A stretch of DNA of 64,000 bases from Octopus vulgaris (GCA_951406725.2 OX597818.1:130076001-130140000); one strand, 5' to 3'; shown: positions 38,803-54,051, counted from the first letter of the stretch. The notes: generated by a model not told the origin, from the letters alone. Numbers and translations: made by a program.

Positions 38803-40774
38803 ACCTAGATAGTCAGCTAACAACCAATAATTAACAAAACAAAGGCTGAGAGATAAATAAAAAAAAATGGGAGAGAAACCAAATGGTACTTAAAAATAAA
38901 AAGTCATACCAACATTTTTTCTAAATAATTATGACTCATAAATTTTTCCAAAGGAGGTGAGTGGGTAAATGATTGAAAGCAAAATCAAAAGAAATATCAA
39001 ATTATCATTCTTTCTTTCACTCATACACACACAAGCAAACACATGTTTATACAAACATACATTGGTGTATGGTATACACCATATGTACTGAAACTGGGTG
39101 TGATGAACACTATATTATGGTTAATTTCGATTTCATTTAATTAAAATAAATGTTATATATTTATAGATAACATGAAATACGAAGCAGAAAATATGAAATA
39201 GATAAAATAAATAGCTCACTAGTATATTAGTGATACATCTTGAATATAGAACAGCATATATATACACACGTGGAAAATGTGCAGATGTATGAAAAAAGCA
39301 TGCATAAAAATTTATATGTGTAATCTATAGCCAAGTAGCTATGAAAATGATGAATCAATTAAAATAAATAAAATAAAATAAATTCAATTTTGCTGTGTAA
39401 CAATTTATGGTTAATACCAAATTCTTTTTAGGAATCGAATACATATGATAACTGGGAGTCAAGTTTTAACCTCTTCAGTTTCATTCTAGCCTAAGCATCT
39501 TTTTTACCAGTGATCTCTATGTATTGATTGTTGTCCCAGTATTTCACACATTCAATCACACACACACACGTTTATTTATAGACACTTGTATGTGTCTGCA
39601 TGTGCATGTGTGTGTGTTTTAGGAAGTTTGCTTCATATCATGTGGTTTTGGATCTCATCCCACTGATTGGCACCTTGAGCAAGTATCTTCTATTCTAGCC
39701 TTAAGCCTGGCCATTTAAGTGTAAGCAAAATTTGGTAAATAGAAACTGTAAAGAAGTTCATTGCTGTTTCTACTTATCTTCACATTGACACAGTTTTAGC
39801 AAAAGTGTCTGATCTATGTATCCTATAAACTATATGTACTGTAACTCGGTAGTTTTATAAAACTGGTTGTATGAATAGCAGTTACGGTTGTGAATAAGAG
39901 GAGCTTCCTGTCATAGAATGTTGCTTCCATAATTTCCATCGACTTGATGGTTTTGATGTCACTATGGGAAGTTCTGATTCAGCACAAATAGCTGATTCGG
40001 TCAGTATATATATACTTTATGAAATGGCAGACCATTCCTGGATTTTAATTCTTTAATCATGTAAATAAATAATTTATATGAATTTCAAATGTTTCTGCTG
40101 CCGCTCCATACTACATGTTTCTGTTGATACTACATAACTCAACCAACCACAATTGCAGAAGTTCAAGCAACGCTTTCATCATGATACTCTGGAATGGTCT
40201 GCCAATAAGAACAGATTTTTAAAAATTTTCATTTTCTTACTTCTATTTGAAAAGGGGAATCTTTTTCCAAAATATTTTAGGCTCATAAAACTACTTATGT
40301 AAAGTAATATAATATATTTTCCCTTTTTTTGCTTTCCTTTATTGACACCATCTTATAAATTGTTGTTTAACTCTTCACCTGCATTGCTCATTTATCTCAG
40401 TTACACATATTGCAAAGCTTCAATCAAGTTAAAATACTCTTTCATCAGAATCATCATAATGTACTAGCATTTGTCATAAATGGCAGCTTGTTACTTTTTA
40501 CATTTATCTTGTTATGATTTATATTTATCGTGCTATATCTCATATTTTATGACATTGAAGTTTACAGGGAGGAATTTAAAGCTAAAACTTCTTAGTTTCA
40601 GATCATTTGATGAGGGAACATTAATGTATATATCTGTGGTTCTTTTACAGGCTTCATGTTTTTTTTTTTACTTTTGTTAACTCACAGTATGCAATAGAAG
40701 AGGCTATATTAACATTTAAAATGGTTAACATAGTTGAGTCCTTTGTTGGTGCGTGTGTGTGTGTATTTTTCTTG

Positions 40775-41690
40775 CTCAGAGTAAAAGGTAGACTGTATGA
40801 TGCATGTGTGTGAACAGCCATGCTACATGGCAGTGAAACATGGGCTGTGACTGCTGAGGACATGCGTAAGTTTGCAAGGAATGAAGCCAGTATGCTCCGC
40901 TTGATGTGTAATGTCACTGGGCATACACGACAGAGTGTAGGCACCCTGAGAGAAAAGTTGGACTTAAGAAGCATCAGATGTGGTGTGCAAGAGAGACGAT
41001 TGCGCTGGTATGGTCATATGTTGCAAATGGATGAGGACAACTGTGTGAAAAAGTGTCACACCCTAGCAGTAGAGGGAACCTGTGGAAGAGGTAGACCCAG
41101 GAAGACCTGGGATGAGGTGATCTGGCAAGCCAATTGAGACCATAACTGTGGCCTATGCCAGTGCAGCATAACTAGCTCATTTAAGAGTACCCTTCAATCA
41201 TTGGGTAATAAACTGCGCTTGTGAAGACCTGTTGAAGCAAGTGAAACTGTTGTTGTGGCCAATGACAGTACCGCCTGACTGGCACCTGTGCCAGTGGCAC
41301 GTTAAAAACACCATTCGAGCATGATCATTGCCAGTGCCACCTGACTGGCTCCCATGCTGGTGGCACGTAAAAAGCACATTCGAGTGTTGATCGTTGTCAG
41401 TGTTGCCTGACTGGCTCCTGTGCCAGTGGCATATAAAAAACACCATTTGAGCATGGTTGTTGCCAGTACTGCCTGACTGGCTCCTGTGCAGGTGGCATGT
41501 AAAAAGCACCATTTGAGTGTGGTCGATGCCAGTGTGGTCGATGGTTGGCAGTAGATAGGGCATCCAGCTGTAGAAACTCTGCCAGATCAATTGGAGCCTA
41601 GTGCAGCCTTCTGGTTTGCTAGCCCTCAGTCAAACTGTCCAACCCATGACAGCATGGGAAGTGGACTTAAAACAATGATGATGATGACGA
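40775..41690 (+). mobile_element. 5'-truncated RTE LINE: ORF C-terminus + 3' UTR with ~63 bp tandem units + (GAT)n tail
   Basis: LRVKGRLYDACV*TAMLHGSETWAV..RRLRWYGH..GRGRPRKTW. Confidence 0.9.
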
Positions 41691-42437
41691 TATTTTCGAC
41701 AACCAGATGCCCTTCTTGTTGCAAGTGCTTACTTGTTTCCATATAAGGTAATATTACCCCTTTGTTAGATATGCTTTCATTGAAGACTCTAAATAAATGA
41801 CACTGCTTGTATGATAGTAACACTCAGCCTGGGGCTACCGAAAAAACTTGTACAAGGTGCCATACAGTGTTGCTGAACCCAAACGCATAGGCTATGAAGT
41901 GAACTGCTTAACCACACTTCCAAGCCTGCATATATATGTAGTTTCAACAATGTACACACTTGGCATAATAAACTATACTTAGTATTCTGTAGGTCCCTCT
42001 TAGTGTTTGTTTGTTTCTTTTATCTACTGGTCAAATCAGATGCCCACTCTGGAAAAGAAAAAAGTGTTGACGTGCATTTTTAAAATTGAGTATTTCTGTT
42101 ATCAACAGTATTCTAGAAGAGATTACAAATTAAACAGCTAATTATAGAAATGAAAAATGCTACTTCAATCTTAACTTTAGTTAGTTATAGTCTGTAACTT
42201 TCTTATCTATAAATACTAGGCACCAATTATTAACTTTTGATCTATATAGTCTTGTTCTAATTTATTCCATTTCATCAGATCATGCTTCAGTTTTAATAAA
42301 AGATTTTTCTTATATCCGAATTTCCCATCCCACTTTTTCTTTCTCTCTGGGTTTTTCTCTCTTGCTTTTTATCTACCTATCTGTCTATCTAAAATCGTAT
42401 GTTTGTCTTGCATTTTCTTCATCACGGCTGTCATTAG

Positions 42438-42497
42438 TTGGCTGAGAAGAAGCAAATTTATAAAATAAGACATGATCGCCTACCACCAACTGCATGA
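42438..42497 (+). CDS. candidate alternative terminal exon (phase 0: LAEKKQIYKIRHDRLPPTA*)
   Basis: Pyrimidine-rich upstream tract and CATTAG acceptor; CpG-containing unique sequence. Confidence 0.25.
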   Translation: MAEKKQIYKIRHDRLPPTA

Positions 42498-43271
42498 ACA
42501 ATCACTAAAATAATGCCACTTATTAAAGCAAACGAGCACTCTTCCGGCACGATATTTACCGTAGTCTTCATAAGGGGAATAATTTTAGAAGTTTAAAATT
42601 AATCTTATCTCATCAATTTATTTAAAAACTCAAAATTATTGAACATTATTATTTTTATTCAGTTTAGCATTTTCCCCCTTTTGAAATCTATTTTTCTGTC
42701 TTTCTTTGTTTTTCTATCATTTTTATACTTTTATACTTTCTGAAAACTTTTTATTTTTATATATCATATTTTTTGTTTTCCTTCCTAAAAATTTATATTT
42801 ATTATTATTATTATCATTATTATTATTATCATTATTATAATTTGCATATCTGCAATTAGGATTTCTGACAACATCAGTTCATTAGCTTTGCTTTTGTATA
42901 TGTATATAACCGTGTATTATGGCCAGCTTGGTGCCGGATACTAGTTTTAGCAACGCATAGTCTTATGACAATTTATATAAACCTATAATTATGCCTTTGC
43001 ACTAAGTTTCTAAAACATTTATATCTCTATTTTAGATTTTACTTTGTACACAGTTTGTTTATTTGTTGCTGTTGTGATTATTGTCGATGTTGCTGTTGTT
43101 GTTGGTGGTGGTGGTTTCTGTTTTTACTTTAATTTACCATCATTAGCTGATCCGTTCTAGAAGTGTTCTTAAAAAAAAAAAAAATCTATTTGTGAAATTT
43201 CTTTTAGATTATTTCTCTTTGAGCTTGTTATTTTAAACCTTTGTATAAGTGTATGTGATAGATAGATAGAC

Positions 43272-43313
<42 letters not shown>

Positions 43314-45992
43314 GTGTGTGCTTGAGAAAGTAAACGTGGATATGTGTGAATGATGTGTGTATGTGTGTATACATGTACATGTCCTAGTGTAGAGATGCAT
43401 ACACATACAAACACAGAAGGCCAGTGATTGTTACCAAGGAATTCTGATAGAGAGAAGAATTTACGTTCTCTATTTAATTTAAGAATAGAATGGTTACATA
43501 CCATTACACTTGTATGAAAATTAGAAATTGATTATTTTGAGTTAAATTTATAGGTGGATATGTTTAAATTTTCTGTCTCATTCTATTCTGTTGGTGATGT
43601 GAGTGGTGATAGTGGTGGTAGAAGTATTTGTTGTGGTATTAGCAATATTATTAGTGGTAGCAGTAATTGTGAAAGTGGCAGTGAGAGTACTGTTGTCCAA
43701 GGAAAGCAGCAGTAGTGGTGGAAGTGATAATAATAATAGTGGTAGCAGTGATAATGTAGCATAACAACAGCCTTTGAGTTGATCATCTTTTTTTTTTAAT
43801 TTTAATTATGTTAGTGATGAACATCACATCTTCCATTTCCTTCTCATAATAAACTTGACATTGCTGCAAGCATAGTTGATACAATCAGCTCTAATTTAGA
43901 GGATATAAAGTACATAAGTTGTTAATTATTTACTGTGGACCAACTAAATCCAAAATTCCATGGGAAAGAAATAAATGAAGCTTAGAAATTTGGTTTTAAA
44001 ACTGATTGGTTGGTTAGGAAGTTAGCCTTAGCCTCAAATCTTCATTGGGCACATTCTAAAATTTGAAGTTAGAATAGAAAATTTGCAAACTTGTTTGTAG
44101 TGGATAAAGTGCATCACAGTATTTAGGAATGACTCTTAATGTTCTGAGTTCCATTTCTGCTGAGGTCAGCTTTAACATTCATCCTTCAAGCAAAATGATA
44201 TACTAGGCAAGTATAGGGGTAGATTTTTTTTCCTCATTTTTAATTTTTGCCAAAAGAAGAAAGGCAGTTTGGCCTTTCTGATAGAAGGATAAAGGAAGTT
44301 ACCCTCAGATAAGGGATCAGAAAAAAAAATGGACTTCACTAAAGACATCCATGGATCAGGTGGTGGTGGTGGTGGTGATGGTGGTTTCATTACCAAAAAA
44401 CAAATAGTCTCTCCAACTGGCTCCCTTGGTTTTTACCAACCAGATCTCCTTCAAAAGGCTTTAAAATGACATTATTTTTCTTCTAAATGTGTAGCCTAGT
44501 GCCAATTTTTTTTACCAACATTTAGGATTAACCAAAAAAAGTTCTATCAGTGTTTTATCTGTGGCCATTCTTTCTTTATGATGGTTGTACAGTCGTCTAA
44601 GAAACAGTTTAAACATTGGTACCATTTTAAGAAGAGAGATAATGACAGAAATGATAAGATACCAGACAAAAAGCCATAAAGTTGGGAGGTCTGCATTCCA
44701 TCACTGCTTGCTGGGTGTCCATACATACTGAAGACACTAACTCCCAAAGAGTCATTCTACCAAACTGGAAATATATATATATATCATAAATGATATCAGT
44801 AGTGATGGTACTGGTGATTATACATTTTTGAGGAACAACATCTGGACTATAGAATATTTGTTCAGCTCTTGTGTTCACATTTCATTTTGTTTGGTTAACT
44901 CCCAAATTTGTAGAGAAAAGGTATATCTAATTAAATTTAACTGAAATAGTATGTGAGTGGTGCTTATTCTATCAGCCACAGATGGTTGGTTCTTATTTTC
45001 CAATTCAGAATGTAGATAAAATGAAACTAAATACTCTAATGTTTTTAGTTGGGGGAACTACCATATCTCATAAATATATCACAACAATAACAATAACAAT
45101 ATTAATAGCAATATTGATATCATTATTAATAATAGAGGCTGCTTTTTACTAACAATATTGTGAATTGTTTATTGGAAAGTATATTTCTGGCTGACTCAAT
45201 TATTATTATATAGAGCTACTCATTTTGTTGACACTTGACTGATATGATCAATGGTAGGGCAAGTACATCATAGCCTAAGGACTTGTCAGCTGGAATGAAA
45301 AATTATATGCTTCTGAGAGCTACACAACCACTGAAAAGTACTGTTTTACTAAGGTAGGCACTAGTTTTGGTCATGGTATCAACACTTAGGAAATGAAAAA
45401 TTAAGTCAACAACTGTGAGATTTGAATACACAAAACATGAGTAAACAAACGACATAGATAAAATCTGATGTTCTACCTTCTATACAAAACAAGAGGGAAG
45501 AGTTGATGTCTGGCTTATGGTAACACCTCAATAAATATAGAAGAAAAAATAAAATAAATTATATCCACTGAAGAAAGTAAGCTATACAATACCAAAAGCT
45601 GATAAATGTTAATAGAACCAAATTTTTGATATCTAATGCAGAGTAGCTTTAAATGTTGATATTGTGCCAACAAATACAAGACACAGCCACTTTGTTATAA
45701 ACTATTTCTGGTTTTGCTATTCCTTTCCACATTTTTCTATTTTCCTATATTTCCTTTCTAATTTAGACATATCCATAAAAACTCAGCATAAACAAAGGTT
45801 ATTTCTCATTGTATTTGATACAAAACATATGAAGATTTAAAGAATACTATGTCACGGAATATAAAAAAAAAAACACAACATATTTTAGTCTTCATTTATT
45901 TATTTATTTTACTTTATTATTTATTTTATTTTATTTTATTATTCATTTATTGCTTTTAACTGAAATATATGTCTTGTTTCTTGTTTTCTCAG

Positions 45993-46032
45993 CGATGAAA
46001 GCTATTCTTACGAGATAGAAAACAGATTATGA
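45993..46032 (+). CDS. candidate alternative terminal exon (xDESYSYEIENRL* or R*, depending on phase)
   Basis: Strong acceptor TGTCTTGTTTCTTGTTTTCTCAG ending at 45992. Confidence 0.3.
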
Positions 46033-46878
46033 TTAGTTGTTGACACTCAAATTGGATTAACTTCAAATTCTAGAAGAGAAAGTACATTATTACTTAGCCT
46101 GAATCTAGTTTTAAAGCAAGGAAATCAAAAACATATGGTTTATCATAATGATATTTACATTTTACTAACGTCTTGAGATGTCTAGGAAAATTATCGGATC
46201 TATCAAACAAAATAAAACAGAAATCTAATGCTATCCCAAAAATCCAACTTAGGATTCCACGAGCAAGAGTGAAATAAGGTACAGCTGTCATATATATTTC
46301 TCTAAGTCTCTTCTACTTTGAATTTATTTTTAGCCATTATTAAAGGGATTTTCCTTGTTATGTTGGCTTATAATACATTTAAGCTTATTTTTTTGAAAAT
46401 AATTTTGGGTTGAAAATATATAATATGACACAAAAGATGAAAAATATAAATGAATATGTAAACAAAATCAGGAGATATTAAGTTTATCGGTTGTCAATAC
46501 ATTATTAAACCTGTCTTCACTTAAACAATTCTTTAATCATTATTGTGACATTTGACTTTCAGACTTGACACCTTTGTCAAAGTTATTTAAAATGCTTAAG
46601 CAAGGAAAGCAGACCAACATCCATAACAACACCAATATATTGTCAATGTGTTTAAACATACATGTGTGCATATGTGTATGTATGTATGTATGAAAGTATG
46701 TATGTGTGTGTGTATATATATGTATTTATTTATTTCTGGTGTAGGCCAGTTATAGGGTTATCCTGGGTTTCTCACCATAAAGGGTATATATATATATATG
46801 TAAATGGATGAATGAATTATCCTTTGTTTACCGTTAACATGGAAAATTCAATAAACAGTTACCATTTATTTACATTAA

Positions 46879-46916
<38 letters not shown>

Positions 46917-46921
46917 CCAAA

Positions 46922-47184
46922 ATGTACAGTATTATATATTTATCATGATACTATACATTTCAGATAATATACCCACTCTTTTGACAAATATATGAGTGCA
47001 TCTTTTCCCCGACTTATGGACTCTTAGATGACTCGTGTCTGTGTGTATATATATGTGTATATATATACACACAGACACGAGTCATCTAAGAGTCCATAAG
47101 TCAGGGAAAAGATGCACTCATATATTTGTCAAAAGAGTGGGTATATTATCTGAAATGTATAGTATCATGATAAATATATAATAC

Positions 47185-47191
<7 letters not shown>
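46922..47191. repeat. 270 bp near-perfect palindrome between (TA)n tracts
   Basis: 133 bp arms with one mismatch seen (47010/47103) and a 4 nt centre. The arm is homologous to 14865-14950. Confidence 0.95.
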
Positions 47192-47237
<46 letters not shown>

Positions 47238-47308
47238 GAAGGTTTGAAAATGCAATTTTAAAAGGTGTTTATTTACTTTATATATATATATATATGTATG
47301 TATGTATG

Positions 47309-47362
<54 letters not shown>

Positions 47363-47619
47363 CATACATATATATATATATATATGCATTTCTGTATGCA
47401 TATGGTCAAGAGCCAAAAACAGGTCAACATTTCTAATGAAACTATGAATAAATATCTTTGACTGTTCAAGTAGGTACCTAATATAACACTTGAAAATATA
47501 AGCGTTCTTAAATTACATATGTATAATATGGAATATATTACCAAAGTATTCTCAAATATAATATGAAATACATTTTCTCTTACTATTTAGCTCAAATTAA
47601 CTTTCTTTAAACTAGTACT

Positions 47620-47935
47620 CTGTTGGTTATAATGACAATAGTTCTAGTTGATCTGATCAATGGAACAGCCTGCTCATGAAATTAACACTTGCAAGTGGCT
47701 GAACACTCCACAGACATGGACACCCTTAATGTAGTTCTTGGAGAGATTCAGCATGACACAGAATGTGACAAAGCTGGCCATTTGGAATACAGGTACAACT
47801 CATTTTTGCTAGCTGAGTGGACAGGAGTAACGTGAAATAATGTCTTGCTCAAGGATATTATGTGCCACAGGGAATCGAACTCATGGCTTTATGATTGTGA
47901 TTTAAATAACCTAACCACTAAGTCACATGTCTTCA
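47620..47935 (-). mobile_element. older SINE related to family C1 (shared 3' half)
   Basis: GATCAATGGAACAGCCTGCTC..CACTCCACAGACA as in 11690-11750. Confidence 0.7.
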
Positions 47936-48404
47936 CTAACTTTCACTTTACAGTTATTTATACTCTTATTCTAAGGTGGAGTGATCCAAACACAGGACTT
48001 CATCAGTATGGCTATACAGCTTGTGAGACATTGGGCAATAAATGGCAGATGATGTACTGTTACCCTTTTTGAACATAGAAATAACACTAGATATTTTCCA
48101 CTTTTGTAGCCTCTATAAAGTTCTTGATTACCATTCTCTGGACTGATCAAATAAGTACCAAACTTTGAAAAAAAAATAGGCTGGGGCTGGATTTGTTCAA
48201 GTAAAACCCATGGAGGCAGTGCCCCAGTATGGCAGTAGTCCAAATGATTGGAACAAATAAAAGAAGATAGCAAAAGAAAATTTTGAAAAAACCCAAAAAG
48301 GAGAAAATAAATATTGTAGAGGAAGAATTTAACATATAAAGAAGTAGATAATGAAATAGGGGAGAAAGAAATTAAGGTAATTGGATAAATAGCATAGGAA
48401 AAGT

Positions 48405-48461
<57 letters not shown>

Positions 48462-49099
48462 ATGTAAACATACACTTATATATATATATATTTATGTATA
48501 TATATGTATACATATATATGTGTGCGTGAGAGTATATACACACACATTTGTATATATATATATATGTGTGTGAGTGTGTGTGTATATATATATATATAGT
48601 TTTACATACTTCATATTGACTTTTTAATCTTCAAACTGCAAATTTAACTTAATCAGCATTTTTCTTATCCTATAACACATACGCTTAATGTATGTATGTG
48701 TCTGTATGTCTTCTCAAAATTCAATCAGTACATACTGACACACAGACACACACATATACACACACACACACATACATATATACACCCCCCACCACCACCA
48801 ACACCATCACATTCCCCACTACCGTTGCCACACATACACATGTATAGACGAACTCAAAAACGAAGTTCAACACTCAATCTCACAATCAATAATCTCCTAC
48901 CCCACTTTGTCTCTCTCCCTTCTCAGTGTGTGCCTGGAAGAGGACAAGATCTTTTGGCAATTTCATTAAGAGGCATTAACAACTCCTCACAACCTTATTA
49001 ACAGAATTTAACAAAGTATGCCCTCCAATCATAATAATGTGTATGTGTGACATGCACACGTGTATCTATGTGTATGTGTGTGCAGATATATATAATGTT

Positions 49100-49500
49100 C
49101 TTTTATTCTTTTAATTGTTTACGTGTTTCAGTTATCTGACTGCGGCCATGATGGAGTACCACCTTTAGTCGAACACACCGACCCCAGGACTTATTTTCGT
49201 AAGATTAATACTTATTCTGTCGATCTCTTTTGCTGAACTGCTAAATTACAGGGATGAAAACTCACCAACATCGGTTGTTTAGTAATGGTGGTGGGACAAA
49301 TACAGACTCAAACACACACACACACACACACACACTCATATATATGATGGGATTCTTTCAGTTTCTGTCTACCAAATTCACTCACAAGGTTTTGGTCAGC
49401 CTGAGGCTATAGTTGAAGACACTACTCCAAGGTGCCACACAGTGGGAATTGAACCTGGAACCATGTGGTTGGGAAGCAAACTTCTTACCACACAGTCACA
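49100..49500 (-). mobile_element. SINE family A
   Basis: Reverse-complement family A. Confidence 0.85.
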
Positions 49501-49662
49501 GATTTTTTTAATTCTTTGTTTCAGAATTTACCAGTTCTTAATCTTTGACCTGTATTATTATTGAATCTTGGCTGAGTCTAACTAATTGAAATATAATCTA
49601 CATGTACTCTACAGTGTAAGGAATTCATAAAGTTTAAAAAATATTTTAAATAAATATAGATA

Positions 49663-50520
49663 CAAGCTTGGCTGCATAGGGAGAAGCTTGCTTCTCAACC
49701 ACATGGTTCCAGGTTCAGTCCCATTGCAAGACACCTTGGGCAAGTGTCTTCTACTATAGCCTCAGATTGAACAAGGCCTTGTAAGTGGATTTGATAGACT
49801 GGAAACTGAAAGAAGCCTTTCCTATATACATATATATCTATCCAAAATGGAGATGAACACTATCCCACCATGTAATCAGCTTGAAAATGTGTTAAGATAT
49901 TAAGATATGTTTCTTAATCCTTTTGTTATCATATTTCTGTTGAGGTGCTCTGTGTTTCTTTCAATTAATTTTAAATATAACAAAGAATTTAGTAAAATAA
50001 CTTAGTTATCACTAAGCTAGCATTCAGAACATAAATTGCAATTAAGGTTTGGTGAAGGATCTTAATTCAGAAATTTTGAAAGCAAGACATCTGTACTACA
50101 GAGCCAGAGGCAGTTTCAGGTGGGTTGGTATCAAAAGGGTTGCCATGAAACCAATGGTAGTATTAATTCACAAATAAAGAATTTTTATCCACCAATGCAG
50201 TGCTGAGCAGTCATTCTCATTGTTCGTCATTTACATATATATGTGCGTGTGTGTGTGTGTGTGTGTGCGTGTGTGTGTGTGTTATGTATATTTACGTTTG
50301 TGCATCTTTGTGTCTGTGTTTGTCCCCCACCACTGTTTGATAACTGGTGTTGGTGTGTTTATGTCCCCGTAACCTAGTGGTTCAGCAAAAGAGACCTCTA
50401 GAATAAGTACTAAGCTTTAAAATAAGTAAGACCTGGGGTTGATTTAGTCGACTAAAACCCTTCAAGGCACTGCCCCAGAATGGCTGCAGTCTAATGACTG
50501 AAACAAGTAAAATATAAAAA
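49663..50520 (+). mobile_element. SINE family A split by later insertions (5' part 49663-49822, 3' part ~50290-50520)
   Basis: Head and tail are recognisable. Confidence 0.7.
49918..50139. mobile_element. piggyBac-like MITE (decayed)
   Basis: TTAA|TCCTTTTGTTATCA ... TGGTATCAAAAGGG|TT. Confidence 0.6.
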
Positions 50521-51324
50521 GTAAGAAGGAAATGTGTTAAGAGTGCATGTAAAGCAGTACAAATGTGTCAGGTTCCAAATGCAACAGATGAGATCTTTTT
50601 GAAGAGAGTGAAGAAATGGGAAAAGAGATAAAAGAAAATGCAAGAGAGAGGAAGAGAAAGAAGAGAGAGAGAGAGGAAGAGAAAGAAGTGTGAGAGAGAG
50701 AGAGAGAGAGTAACTTGGAACTAAAAATATGACAGAAATTATAACAGCTTGAACCAAACAGAAACATGTAAGATAGAGGTGAGTGAGGCTGGCTGAAAGG
50801 TTTGTTGGTGGGTGGTGAAGAAAATATCTGGAGACAGGAAAAAAAATGGTACAAAGAAAAGAAAATAAAGCAAAATAACACAGATAGTTTTGAGAAAGAA
50901 CCCACTCCACTTCAACTAACTACATCACTCTTCTGAAATGGTTATCTGGAGAAGCCTGTAAATCATCAAATGAATGCAAACAAACCCAAAATAATGGTAA
51001 CTTAACTGGCATTTTTCAGTCAATAATTCATTCAGTTGAATATAATACACACACGCAGAAGTGTGTATGTATATATATATATATATATATAGTGTGTGTG
51101 TATCACTATCATTCCTTAATGTCTGTTTGTGTCTGTGCTGGCATGGGCTGGACAGGGCAGATGTCAATGTACATGTTTATATCTGTTAATATGTGCATCT
51201 ATATGCATGTGTATATCTGTAATTTGAGAGGCTATGCGAGTTTTTATGAATGCATAGACATGCAGACTAAAAAAAACTACACACACTGACAATATATAGA
51301 CATCTAAGTTTCAGACGTGCAACT

Positions 51325-51360
51325 ATGAATATACATACATACATATATATATATACATAT

Positions 51361-51413
<53 letters not shown>

Positions 51414-51478
51414 TATATATAAGTACACTTATGCAAACATACTTGTGACTGGGTGTATGATATGTATGTACATATATA

Positions 51479-51521
<43 letters not shown>

Positions 51522-51563
51522 CATACATATATATGTATATATATATACATATACATATATATG

Positions 51564-51595
<32 letters not shown>

Positions 51596-51664
51596 TACAT
51601 ATACATATATATATACATAAATATATACATATATATATACATATATATATACATATATATATAC

Positions 51665-51714
<50 letters not shown>

Positions 51715-51808
51715 GGTTGTATGTGTGTGTCCCTCTATGGATGTACATATCATGCCATGCCTGTATACATCTTATTCATTCAAGCATAAAAATCCGTGGG
51801 TAGATCAC

Positions 51809-51857
<49 letters not shown>

Positions 51858-52459
51858 TGGAACCAAAAATTTACACAGTGTATGTTCATCCAGACACAAA
51901 TGCTGACATTTATGCACACACACACACACACACAAATGCCTGTACGTAAACACGGGAATTCACTGATATATAAATCTTATATAAATCTTTGTTCCATCTT
52001 CTGCCTTCTTCTTCTTCTTCATCATTATCATCATCTTCAGAATAACACCAATTATTTGTGCGTAAGGATTTGTGTGCAAACTTACTATTTCATTTGAGCT
52101 TATGCGCACATGCAGCATGAACAAACAGGCGTAAAACGATAATAGTGACGATGGTGGTGGTGGTGGTATGGTAACATGGTTGGCGATGATCATCATCATC
52201 ATGATGATGCCAAAGATATGGAAATGAAATATACTTTATCTACATGCAATATATCTGTGCATTTCAGCCAACAGAAGCAAATGCATGCATGCACAAAATA
52301 TCACCCCCCACACACACACATCTATATACAGTACAGTATAGTTATCTGTTTAACCTCTGTGTATCAAAGTGATATATAATTATATATATGTCTCATATAT
52401 AAATATATATATATATGTCATATATATAAATATATCATATATATATATATATATATGTA

Positions 52460-52508
<49 letters not shown>

Positions 52509-52565
52509 ATATATATATATATCATATATATAAATATTTTGATTGTATATATATATATATATATG

Positions 52566-52603
<38 letters not shown>

Positions 52604-52622
52604 TATATATATATAGGTAATG

Positions 52623-52653
<31 letters not shown>

Positions 52654-53014
52654 CATATATATATATATAATATATATATGTAATGTATATATATATAATA
52701 TATATATATATATATACACTATATATATACACACATGCACACACACATCTGAATGTGTAATCTATTGCTATATCAAAGAGACGATGTGTGTGTGTATATA
52801 TATATTTATGTATGTATACACACACACACACACATTTATATGCAAACTCATAAGCTCATACATATACACATAGATATATATATATGTGTGTGTATGCATG
52901 TGAGCGCATATGTGTAAATATCTATAATACTTATATGCAGACACACATATACAAAAGATAGACTTAGGGATGGATATCAACGTATACAGATTTATACATA
53001 TATGTATATGTATG

Positions 53015-53078
<64 letters not shown>

Positions 53079-53135
53079 CACATACACACAGACGCATGCA
53101 CATATATAATATATGCACACACACACAGATACACA
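51325..53135. repeat. large compound (TA)/(CA)/(TATG) microsatellite fields
   Basis: Direct reading. Confidence 0.9.
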
Positions 53136-53568
53136 TAAGTAATATATCTAGGTGTTTCTTGGCATAGTATATTTATATATCTAAAAAGAAATATACTTTT
53201 ATATATTCAAATAATATATCTATGTACATCTTGACATGATATATTTAAGCCGTATCAAAAGAAATATATTTATATATGTCCAAGCAATACATCTATATCT
53301 CTAGGAATAATATATTTATGTCAAAAGAAATATATTTATGTATATGCAACTTTCATACTTTTGTACATGTTACTGTGATATACTTATGTACATCAAAGGG
53401 GAAATATTTATTATTTGCTTCTCTGTGCAACCTATTCAATTATACATCGCGAAAATATACGCATGGTTATCAAAATGTTCTATATATATATTTATGAACG
53501 TGATAAATATCTATCTATATATATATATCTATCTGTCTATCTATGTATCTATCTATGAACATGATAAA

Positions 53569-53609
<41 letters not shown>

Positions 53610-53941
53610 CTCTATCTATCTCATTACTCATAAATATATATATTTATTTATGAGACAGATATCTATATGTGCAAAAAATATCATACAAATTAGAGGAAAA
53701 TATTAATCTTTTATATCATTTTTATCTCACTTTCCTTTGGTTACATGTGCACTGTACAGCTGCCTGTAAATTTGATTCCTCAGATAAGGGATTACTGGGG
53801 AGTAAATGTATCAAGTTGGTCAGATGATTAGCTGGGTGCCAACAATTCTGAGTTCAAACTACACTAAAATGAAAGCATTCCAGAAAGTTTATAAACTCCA
53901 TTAAGTGGTAGGCCACAAGATTAAAGAAAATCAGTGATGAA

Positions 53942-54051
53942 CATCATCCTCATCATCATCATCGTTTAACGTCCGTTCTCCATGCTAGCATGGGTTGGAC
54001 GGTTCGACCGGGGATCTGGGAAGCCAGAAGGCTGCACCAGGCTCCGGTCTT
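53942..54051 (-). mobile_element. short RTE-related 3' tail
   Basis: (CAT)n CGTTTAACGTCCG..CCATGCTAGCATGG. Confidence 0.75.

Noticed and set aside
39860-40210. possible decayed transposase or exon
   Set aside because: No recognisable motif or splice signals.
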